64,000 nucleotides of DNA from Tubiluchus corallicola (taxonomy: Eukaryota; Animalia; Priapulida). The stretch spans positions 111,965 to 175,964 of the forward strand of contig JAQGDQ010000469.1 of assembly GCA_030141605.1 (NCBI GenBank). The letters are read 5' to 3'. A program made the position numbers and the translations under genes. The notes below the pieces were generated by a model. It saw only the letters and a program-made list of their open reading frames with translations, made no database searches and was not told the DNA's origin. Below, in pieces: positions 53,337 to 64,000 of the stretch (the first letter of the stretch is position 1; each line of letters opens with the position of its first letter).

Positions 53337-56300
53337 CTGAAAAAGCAATAAGAGCTGTCTTATGCCAATGCCTTAAACGTTCGTAAAACTGCATAACCTT
53401 AAAACACGTAGAAAAAATAACAGATGAAAAATACAAGCAGAAAATCATTTTGTAAGAAACCAAAGCAGGTTATTTATAGGCCATTTATTTTAACAGTTAC
53501 AGAAAATATACAAACATTGAAACTTCTTGTACTATGATGACATACACTGGAACTAAACATTGTCATGGATTCAACGAGTGATGGTCGTGCAGAGCTCCTG
53601 TAAACATTTTTAAATTAAATTTTCAAAAATGTGCAAATGTTGATGTAATTGTTGCACAGAAAACCAGACGAGCAAAGTGCACAAAAAAGTAAAATAAAGT
53701 GCTTATTCACCATTTTAATTACAATTCTGCATTTATTATGTCAAATTATGAACCAGGTCATGGGTAAAATCTGCTACAAGCTTGTCTAAAAGAAAAAAAT
53801 GGTTCTCAAACATTAACGAAAATTTAAGCAAGATAAAAATGAAGAACATGAGATGGAACAACTTTTTATACAGTTTTTCACCATTCAATCTAGAATGTGG
53901 CACTAAGCGATAGGTTGTGGCAGGATCGGGATATAGTTGTTAGCAGAAAAATCCTCTAACATAAGATGCTGAACAGCAAAGTCTATTTTAGGCACATTAC
54001 AGTATGGCTTTAAAAATCAAGGGCTATACATTGCAAATAAACTAAAATAGAGGCAGTTTTTTAATTGCCATCCTTCCATTCTCCACTCAAGATCTAGTGT
54101 TGCTTGATTTGAGCAACTATTGAGTTTCAAGTTTTTAAAAGTCTACCACTTTGGCTTTTTTTCATTTGAAGCTATCCAAGTTTAGCTACATGAACATAGC
54201 TTAATAGACATGGATTTGGAGTCTGAAAGGCATGAATATGGAAAATATCAGCATTGCATTTCAATGTTTAGAAATCAACAACATAAACCAAGAGCAATGA
54301 ATATAAAACATGTTTTATTTTACACTTTTAAGATTAACATATTAAAAAATCAAAACTTCCAACTATACTAGCATAAAAAAAATAATCCAAAAATAACTTC
54401 TATAATGAAATCAAGAGAAACTAAAAGTCACAACATTAACAGTTTTAATATGTACAAACAGTTTAATACCACACGCATACAAAAAGGGATGTATCTAAAC
54501 CTCGTAGTTAAGCCAGGATTTACAAAACAGAACAACTGGACACCCAAAACCACAGAATAGATTACAAACATCAAAGATCAAGGAAAGCAGAGAGCAGCCA
54601 AGGTCAGTACAGGTCACGTTTCAAATATCACCACCAACAGGACACCAGCATTGAATGTTTAGTCTTCAAACTGCATCACCTACTGTCCATCGGGAGTTCA
54701 TCTGAGCTGAGTAGTATCCACTGGCTCCAGCAAAATTCATTTGCATTAATCGCTGAGCTACGGGGCTTGTCAAGCGTTGAGAGCTTTGGATTTTAGAAGA
54801 CTGTCCCAACAGATTAAAGCCTATCTAAACCTTGTTTACAGCAGCAATGTTGGGTGTGAGAAAGACTATGTGAACGTTGGAAAATATAGGTAAGCTTAGG
54901 TCAAATGATAAATGTTGGTCTTACATGGCAACTAGCCAACAAATGGTTTGTATACTAATAAACCTCAAAATAATAAAGCTTAGAATGAAAAGTGCACCAT
55001 GATCCTCGTCATCGTCATCATCATCAACATTATCATCATCATCATCCTAGCTATTTTTATGATATTAATACAAAATATGCCATTTTGCAATAACAGCATA
55101 TTTTTGCATATGAAAAATTTTAATTCATCAGTTTCCTAATCGCTAATGTTTGCTTACCTGCATATTTAAATTAATTAATATTAATTTCATTTTTTAGCTA
55201 TATTGCTTGAACAATTTTGTTTTGCAGTCAAGCATAGGTGCATTTGTTCTATCTTATTTGCAGTGTGATTCATGTTTCTTGAACTTTATCAATCCAGCCA
55301 AACTGTACATGCGCAATCGTATTATTCTTAATAAATCATCAGAGCTGTTTCTTAAAAAAATTGACTTTAGATAAACTTCATTCCATTAATCAATAATGTA
55401 TGGGATACGATAGTTGTGGACGACAGCGCAAACAGTGAACAGGCTTGTCCCAGCCTCCCCACCAGGCTCTTCCTCCCCATTAGCAGCATCCCATCCTGTA
55501 CCACTGTTATTCCTAGCCACTTATGATTGGAGCCAATAGTTACCAAACACCCAGCAGCAGAACGTCAACACAGACAGTCATGTTGACAAACATCGGAACA
55601 GATTCCACAAGTGAAGGGTTACACTGTGTGACAGGCCACACTGGACGTGTGCCATGCTCAACCAGACAACCAAAATGATGTTATTTCATAGAGCAGAATA
55701 CTGGCGCGCAATTATGCAAAAATGTGAAAACTAAAAACTTGAACGGTTTATTGGAACTGTTGCTCACTCAAAATAGTCAAAAACTGGCGTTATATACCTT
55801 AATTAAAGGAAAGATCAAGCCTTCTTGGAGATGAGGCTTATATCAATGTTCGCAAAAAATGTCAGGATTTAGTAATAAAACTACAATCAGTTTCATCTCC
55901 ATCGAATAAACCAGGAGTTGTGAATATACAAGATTTTTATCTCAAAAAAAGACAAAAGGTGAAATTTTGTACCAAACTTTTTCTCAGTCAAATTAGCTGT
56001 AAAATAGGAAAAAGAAGATTGAACTAATGGTAATGCTGTCTGATGTACTCAAGCAATTTCAAAAACGAATACCACAAGAAAGAATGCAAAGCACTAAGAC
56101 TGTTTTAACTGCAATTCAAAACCAGAATAAAAACATAATCTCAGGATTGCACAAGAATTAGTTAATTTAACATCACTATTGTGTTCTAGCTCATCTAGGA
56201 GAGAATAATAATGTTGTAGTTATCACTTGTGCTAGCATTATGTTCACACCATTAATTTATTAACGTTACTAAAATTTGTTTTTGAAAAACAGATAGTGGT

Positions 56301-59300
56301 TTCATAACAGCATAGCAAATACATGACTCATAAGACATCACTAATTTGATGTTTATGATTTAAATATTTTCATTCCAATTCGAATGAACGTGAAATATTT
56401 CCCAGTAACAACTGCATAATTGTAACAAACAAGATCAGCAATAAGTAAATTCGACCGTTAATGGAGTGGAAATTTTAAATGAATACGAATAATATGTTAA
56501 AGAGTTCTAAAAATAATCATGAATATCCAGCTGTTAACTGTCCAATCAAAAACTGATAAGTGATAGAATACGACTTGAATGACAGCAATTTTTTCTCTAT
56601 TACTGTTCAATTCAAGCCACATTTTTCACCAGCCAAAAAAAGAAATTTCAAAAACTCTCAATGTTTAGATTAACTTAAGTGATTGAGCACTTGCAGTGCA
56701 TAAAACAATTACAATTATAAACTAACAATAAAATCATATTCATTCTATATTATTAATTGCCAAGGTTATTCCACTATTATGCAATTATATTGTCACCAAA
56801 GTAATGTTTTGGGTACAACCCATTAGCCATGAATTTAAATCAATTAAATTTCGGAATTGTGAACGAAGTAAAGTTTGAATTTAAAGGAAAACGATACCCA
56901 ATCTTAAACTATAGTTGTAAGCAATTTAGGCTACAAAAAATTAAAGGAAACATGCTTTTTTTCAAGAATGCCTTACGCGAAATAATTGTTACCACTGAAA
57001 TGCAATTATGCGTTCCTGCAGCTAGTTCTTCGCTGCTGCATGCATTTTGCCATTTGCTAGTTAGACGGGCACTAGTGCCTCGGGAACTCATTCCAGAACA
57101 AACAAGTGCTGTACCTCTCACTTCAGAGTTGTTCGGTTGTGACCAAGTACACATGGTTGAGAGCTCATGTGGAAGCACAACGGTAAACATGAAATTTGAA
57201 TTTTAAAGTTAAAATTTACAGAGTTTTTTAACTGAGCAGCAACATGCTCATAGAATGTTTGTGCTGTTAAAAATTGTGTATTTGTGATGTCATCACTAGT
57301 TGGGCTCGTTCACAATTACTTAAGTTTTTCACTTAAGTTACTTAAGCATTATTATAAGTGTCAAAATCTATACTTTCTATCGTACTTCAAAATGGGACAC
57401 GATTTAAAAATTCATACTGTTTTCCTTTAAGAAAGCAGCTATTTAATCTACAACCAGCAAGTAACTGTGAAACTTCAATTTTTTATGTTTTTAAAATGTG
57501 GAAGAACAATTATTTTCAAACACTCCTAAGTTACAAACGGTAAACTACAGTACCGACACAAACTGTAACATTTCACCTAACCCATAGAAAGCCACCCTTT
57601 CAGTATATTCTATAGTCATTTAGAAATAATGGCTCTAAGTTTAGAGTACACGTCATACTGAACACATTAGACAGTATCCAATGACAAATGAGCGCTAAAC
57701 GGCACAGGTTGTGCGTACTAAAATATTGTTGTTTTTCATTTACTCAAGCCAGCTTATTTTCACAGCTCTGACCCCTAGTGACCCTGGCATGAAACTCGAC
57801 CTGTGGGTAGGCAGACAGCATTGAATGATATATAGTCGACAACTGGTACCAATGAATAGTTTCCGCTTACTGCATGTACATCAGCTAATGACTTTCAAAT
57901 CTAAAACTCCTGTAACTTCAGCCGAAGATTCACACGAGAAAATAGGACCAATTTACAAGCGACAGTTTGATAGCCACAGAAACGATACAGGAAAGTGCAG
58001 GCAAGAGTGTGAATGAATGACAATGCAGAACAAGTGAAATACTACTACAGAATTCATTTAGAAAATACATCAACCTCTAACATTCTAACATGAAGTTAGA
58101 GCAAACGAAAAATGGAGTAACTGAAGCAACGGAATGATATAGCTTAATTGGATAATATCGCAAAATAGCATGTCTGCATGCTCAATGTTCTGGACAGGTC
58201 CCGGATCCATCTAGTCCACTTCACACATTTGTCCATTCAGAATGCAACCTGTCTTGCTGTTCACAGGAAAGTGGTCAGCTTATGAAGCAAATGCTATATC
58301 AGGTTGTGTGGCTGGGTTTAGGATACTGATTAGGAATTACAATAAATAACACATTATGTATTAGTGCAGTATAGAGCAGCTATAACCTCAGCCCCCAGAA
58401 CAAGACAATTATGGCATCCACTTTAATAGTGACAGTTTGCTAACTTTTATTCTGCACCGTTTTGTTGTCCCAAATCTAAATAAAATGACATTTATTTTTC
58501 ATTGCCTTTGCAGTGATCACCCACTTGTTTACTAACGAAGTCTAGTGCTGCTTAACTTCAGACTAAGCCCAGCTATCAACCACTGTGTCAGCACTGTGTC
58601 TAGTTAGTTTTATTCAAAAATAACTGCAAAATATGAACTGCAGCAAACAAGTGGTAATAATCACTTCAATTAGATGTTACTCTTGGCATTCGTATTTAAA
58701 CACATATAAATTTAGCTGACATAAATTAAAGAATTTAAAATGCAGTTCTGACATTTAATTTCTGTTACCTCAAATAAAAATTGAACTGATATGTAAACAA
58801 GTGGGTGTGGAATACAGCTGTTATAGTACTGCATTTCGGTACATGTACTATGGATGCAAACAGCCAATTTTTGTCTGCAGAGACAGTGTAGCTTGTGTTG
58901 GGAAACTAGAGTTGTTGACAAACTTTTGCTTAGAGCATAGCACGGTTATAAATAATAGCGAAACATAGTTTATGACTGAATTGTCTAATATTAGTACTAA
59001 TTTAAATGTTGTTAACACTGTACTGTTTCTTTGTACTTAATTTTTGCAGATTATTATCGAAATCATTACTATAATAACATGGTTAATGTCACACTATAAT
59101 AACTATTACTATTATTACTACTATGTCAATATTCTGATAATGCTAATGTTACCAAAAGACCCAATAAGAACATCCTAGTCTAAACCAACAGAATATAATT
59201 TACTATATCAAATAAACATGATTTTGTTAGTAGAAACAGTGAGAACAACAACACATTGTGGATACTGTTGCCACCACTTGGCAAACACTTTAACCAAAAT

Positions 59301-59356
59301 GTACAACAGACTCGAAACTGTTCAACTTTTGTGAAAAACAATTATTTCAGACTAAC

Positions 59357-59467
59357 CTCTTGCTCGTCAGCAATTGCACCTTCACTGACACCTGGTGTGT
59401 GTGGAGAGAAACTCCCGTCTCGTTCAGCCTTCAGCATCTCTTCTATTGGGTTTCTTTCATGATTTTG
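59357..59467 (-). CDS. COPB2: Coatomer subunit beta', internal exon
   Basis: TTTTCTTTCAG acceptor and GTTAGT donor, 111 nt, phase 0-0. QNHERNPIEEMLKAE resembles human PNEERNVMEE. Confidence 0.82.
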
Positions 59468-59856
59468 CTGAAAGAAAAACAAGTTATTTTTCTAATTAGC
59501 TGACTTAAAAACCTTCAAAAATTAAAATTATTTGTGCTCATTTAAAACTCACACATTTTTGAAAAAAATTATACAGCTATTTGCTCTTTGTTGTATTATG
59601 CATGCAGAAAGCACTGCTAAGCCGCTGTCAAACAAATAAAAAGAAACAGTCTGTCTCTGTCTTTGTGTAGTTAAGTACTAATATGATTTTATATTAATAT
59701 GTCCATTTGATTTCAACCAGAAAAACAATTAGTTCTTGCAAATAGTGGTAGTTACACTAAATGCTGTCATGAGCTTTTTGGTTACAGATTATTAAAGTTC
59801 GTAAATGATTATGTTGCTATGCATGTTTTTAGAAAAAATATCCAACTATGTCCAGC

Positions 59857-60405
59857 GGTCGGATTCACAAAAGTTTTTTGTGATTTTCTATGTAAGTTTG
59901 TGAGTACGAATGTTTTAGTGCTGTGCACGGATTCACCAAGCCTGTCTTTGTAAAAATCTTCTTCAATTTGTAAATTAGCAAGCTGTGCACAGTTTAAATG
60001 GCTATGATTGGTGTTTTCGTGAAAGAGAAAAATAGGTCACAATTTTCAGAACCTTCCTCCTTTAGTTAATTAGCTATTAGATTAATTGTTGCAATTATAC
60101 ATAAATAGTTAGGTTTGTTAATTCTACCACATCACAGTTCAACATTTAGTTCAACATTTAGAAATCCATAATCAGGAGTAACATGATGTTATTTAATTTG
60201 CAATAAAATCATTGTCCAAGAGAAATATCTCAGTAGGCTGTCTATGAAAAAATTATACAAGTGACCTACCAGCAGCATTGCCAAATAAATCCGCACTAAA
60301 AACCAGCTTTGTGAAGACGTCACTGAGTTAACGACATTGTTATTACATTCACTAAATTGTTAGTAATGACGTTGTTAACTTTGTAACAGCTTTGTGAAAC
60401 TGGGC
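59857..60405. mobile_element. Possible PIF/Harbinger-like MITE
   Basis: Imperfect termini GGTCGGATTCACAAA / TTTGTGAAACTGGGC; it may be two nested or adjacent fragments. Confidence 0.4.
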
Positions 60406-60565
60406 AATGGGGTAAAACTTCATCAACAACAAACTGTCTGTTTCTGAATAATAAACTCGTATCTGACTACCCCAAATACAGTGCAGCTATACCAATATGT
60501 TCAAATCTAGTTTAGTGAGATATTGTAGTATATATAACGACTGAACATAAAGAAATACTTCATAC

Positions 60566-60749
60566 CGGAATCATAGGATACGCTCGAGCTGGAGGCAAGC
60601 TGCCTCCATGTGTCACATTCTCATATTGTTCTGCCACCGCTGCTTGTTGAAGGCCAACAAAGAGATTTTCATAGTCTTCTGGATCGGCGAGCGAATCTGC
60701 TGATTTTTTATTTGTTTTTCCTAAAGTTTCCTTCCACAATTTTACAATC
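60566..60749 (-). CDS. COPB2: Coatomer subunit beta', internal exon
   Basis: TTACAG acceptor (phase 2) and GTATG donor (phase 0). IVKLWKETLGKTNKKSADSLADPEDYENLFVGLQQA closely matches human VVKLWRENLSKVNQKAAESLADPTEYENLFPGLKEA. Confidence 0.92.
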
Positions 60750-61995
60750 CTGTAATTTTAATAAACAAGCATTTTATTTTGGCATATAAGTGAGAGAGTA
60801 GTAATGTTTTAAGTTAGAATGACACTACATGATGAAAATGTAAACACGTTATGAAATGGGCAGTAATCATACATTCACAATGACTTTCTTTCACTAACAG
60901 TGACTTTTGATAAGACCTTTTCCAAAACTGACTGAGAAGAGTAGAGGTCAAATTTAACGTGAAAACAAACTTCTCCTTAATTAAAAGAGCTAACAATTAA
61001 CCATTAACTTAAAAGTTCACACTAATTTTATTAAATTTCATAGCTTCCTTCCTGTGAAAGTCATGTTTAAGGTTGTAGATGAATCACTTTGTAAAAAACG
61101 AATAAAACACTATACTACATATTTGCACAAAACTGAAAGCGTTTATTAGACTACATACACATATGTAGAATGACTGCTACACTGATCACTGAGAGTTAGA
61201 CGGTAAGTAAAATGAGGATCACGACTTCTGCACTGCATTGAGAGTGAGACAGTGACTAGAAAGTAAATCCAGTCAGTATATATAGGTATAGGTAATTATG
61301 CAAACTTGGCTTCATAAAAACCATTACTGTAAAATAGGGAGAGATCCAGTGAATATGCATATTCACTGGACCGAACAATTATACTAGGGGTGAGTTTAGC
61401 TAGTAAAATGTAAAGGGATTAGTTAATAGATGGCAGCACCTAAAAATATACAGTTACAATTTCCACACTTCCTAATCAAATCAGGCTTTGAAATTTTAGA
61501 TTCCCGGCAAAACATTTTGTTTGGTTTTGCTCATGAAACTTCAGAAAATCACAGGCTAAACAACTGTGTTAGCAACGACTTTCTTGGATACCTTGTCATT
61601 TCTGTGACGCTAAATTTGTAAACAATGCTACACAGCAAATGTGAAAAAAGATAAACAAACACAAAAACTTGTGTAACTAAGCACTAAGGAGTAAAATGCA
61701 CAAAATGAAGTTCAAGACTTTGTTTGGAAAAGTCACATTTAAACCAGATTTCCTCTTATAATGCATTATTTAAAATAGATTTGTTAACAGTACAAAAATA
61801 CGGTGTTTAAGTTTTTGTTTGCAAAAGCTTCCTATAGGGACAATTAAGCCAACAATTTGTTTTGGGAAAGCCAGTTATCTATTTGGGGAATGGGTATTTC
61901 TTTAGGCTGTAACTTACTGTAATTTGAAATATATACAATAAGTGCCTGTAATACTGAATTGCCTAAATGTTCCTTATATTAAAATCTTAACTCCC

Positions 61996-62518
61996 CGGTT
62001 CCCAACCTTTTGGACTCCACGTACTCCTAATTTCTTTACATTATCTTCTGATACCCCTTCACCTGCTATAAGCAAAATGAAGAATCAACACTCATGAATG
62101 TCATGAATATTTTTATTATCTGCATAATGCATATTGTTCCAATCAATTCCGCTAAACGAGAGTTCAATGAGACGGCTGCTGTTGCATAGCAGAAACTAAC
62201 TTATTGAATTGCGGTTCAGTTTTAGAGAGACTGACTCTCATGTCTCCGCGGATGTCAATGCGGTTTCGGGCTTTTGTCTTGATTGTCACCATCGTTGAAA
62301 AGTCTGCTTTACACAGGAAAAAAGTTTACTGAAAGCTTTACAGTGGACAAGGGTCAAGACTTCGACCAAAAACCATGAATTGTTGGTACAGTCGACAGAA
62401 ATGTTTGTATCGCCCGCTGATTATTATATAACACTACTTTTTTAAAAGGCTTCTCCGGTGCCCCTTGTGGTGTTCGCTGGTACCCGCAAGGGGTACTAGT
62501 ATCCCAGGTTGGAAACCG
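61996..62518 (-). mobile_element. Internally deleted hAT (Charlie/Buster-type) DNA transposon
   Basis: TIR cores CGGTTCCCAACCT / AGGTTGGAAACCG. The minus strand at about 62385-62164 encodes FWSK...FLCKADFSTMVTIKTKARNRIDIRGDMRVSLSKTEPQFNKLVSAMQQQPSH*, the typical hAT dimerisation-domain C-terminus. Confidence 0.85.
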
Positions 62519-63621
62519 AAACATTAGCTTAAAAAGCTGTTTAAATGGCCGTAAACGCACGTGCATCTTAAAAGATCTACGTGAAAAATTCCAGCAATGA
62601 CGTCATCATTGACGGGCACAATTTTGCAACGGCAGGAAATTTTCAAACAGATCTTGTTCTCCTTTAAGATGTATCCACAAATTTGCCTTTGATTTTTGCT
62701 CACAGTCTTTGCTCTGATTAAGATATTGCAACAGGTTTGAGATTTTGCATTAATTGTTCACAGTTTCTACACTGCAGTAATTAAACAACGTCCAGAATTG
62801 TCATTAGTTTTTGTGTCCACAATACATGTACGGATACGCTACGCCCACGTATTTTATCATAGTCTCTTAGTTAAACTACACTCAAAGTTAAGGCACGAGC
62901 GTTCAACATTGGCTCTCTCTGAAAGGGGAAGAAAAGACAATTTTAAAGTATGCACCAAAAAACTTTTCATAAAAAGTTGCACTACTTGGCATTATGCTTG
63001 CCTGTTTGGAAGACTTACATAACTAAAAAGGAAAGCAATTTAAAATGTTTGCGCTAATTGGTAAAACGCACTGACTAGCCTTCCTGGTGTACACCACAGG
63101 CCCATTAAAAGGCGTATTATTAATCTTATTAACAGGAGAAGGTAATTTTTTTATACTTTACTTAGTTAGTGAAGTGTGCATTACGAATGCTTTGATCGTT
63201 CTTTCAAACTGTAAGCAACGTTAGCTAAACCTTTTTTCGCACTTTTAGTTACTATTAAAATGCTTATTGTTAAAATGACAGCGTCATCGCTGAAGTTTAA
63301 ATTTTCAAGTTTTGTACAGCGTTACTGTTAAATACAAGCTCTGTGCGCAAAAAGACAACATGCAAGTGATGCAAAATTTCAAAACGAATTTTTTGGCTTC
63401 ATGTAAATAAAGGGTTTTCTTATCCTTTAAGTTAGCGACTGAACCTTTACCTCTACTAAACATCACCCACATTTGCACAGAATTAATCTAGCGCAACTAG
63501 CTTCTCTTGTATAAGACATACTCACGACAGGGACCCTCAATAAGAACAGTACTTTGAGAAGCAATAAAAGCAAATGTGGGCGGAGCTTAGTTCTTGTGAA
63601 GGGAACTCACGTACGTCATAC

Positions 63622-63786
63622 CATTAAAATCTGTGCTGCCATTCGCTTCTTCTGTCCTTATTCGTTTGATGTAGAAATCAGCAAAGTCCAGTGGATTGTC
63701 TTGATTGTGGTGTTTCCTGTGTTCTGTAACCACTTCTCTGATTATCTCCCGGATTTCATTCCTGTTTTGCATCAGCTGCTTGAAAG
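63622..63786 (-). CDS. Cytochrome P450 clan 2 (CYP2-like) internal exon, G/H-helix region; possibly a pseudogene fragment
   Basis: TTTATTTTGCAG acceptor and GTATGA donor, 165 nt, phase 1-1, no stops. FKQLMQNRNEIREIIREVVTEHRKHHNQDNPLDFADFYIKRI fits the I.EH+...D.DNP.DFID.YL pattern of CYP2-clan enzymes. Confidence 0.65.
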
Positions 63787-64000
63787 CTGCAAAATAAAGC
63801 TTGCAAAAATTAAGAAACAAAAACTGGCAAACGAATAATAAAAACGAATGAGAAAAGCAATAAAAGAAAGAATGAACAAATGAATAAACAACAATCAAAT
63901 TAAGAAGAAATAAGCAAGTAAGTAACAAAGAAACAAACAAACAAATAAACAAACAAGCAAACATACAAACAAACGACAAATGAGCGAAACAAACAGACAG

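Noticed and set aside
54921-55046. Alternative acidic terminal exon for COPB2 (DDDDDNVDD...VAM*)
   Set aside because: It is in frame after a TAG, but there is no polypyrimidine tract and it is explained by a (GAT)n microsatellite. Revisit only if RNA ends near 53460 are found.
53144-57074. Shared 15-mer GTTAGACGGGCACTA in two COPB2 introns
   Set aside because: A single 15-mer match is roughly expected by chance in 64 kb, and the flanks do not align.

Overview
This is AT-rich, microsatellite-rich, intron-containing animal genomic DNA, most likely from a spiralian invertebrate such as an annelid or mollusc (an inference). It is not prokaryotic: I found no operons, CRISPR arrays, rRNA or intact tRNA genes. 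Five coding loci can be reconstructed by hand. (1) First coding exon of a type II membrane protein resembling gliomedin/colmedin (minus, 11247-11879). (2) A two-exon XXYLT1-like GT8 xylosyltransferase (minus, 13522-15483). (3) FoxL2 (plus; probable non-coding exon 1 near 19980-20204, coding exons 21778-22638 and 24967-25146, about 346 aa). (4) The last four coding exons of coatomer beta' COPB2 (minus, 50901-60749), which the ORF track misses entirely. (5) One clan-2 cytochrome P450-like exon (minus, 63622-63786). Most long ORFs in the track are artefacts of micro- and minisatellites. The remainder holds MITEs/foldbacks, hAT and LINE remnants and tRNA-derived SINEs. The most notable observations are the FoxL2-COPB2 linkage that recalls the vertebrate FOXL2 neighbourhood, an apparently orphan CYP exon on the COPB2 strand, a copy of the COPB2 3'UTR/poly(A) segment inside a COPB2 intron, and a 66-bp minisatellite open on both strands for about 2.9 kb. 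I found no convincing evidence of a wholly new biological system. All family assignments come from remembered motifs, not database searches.
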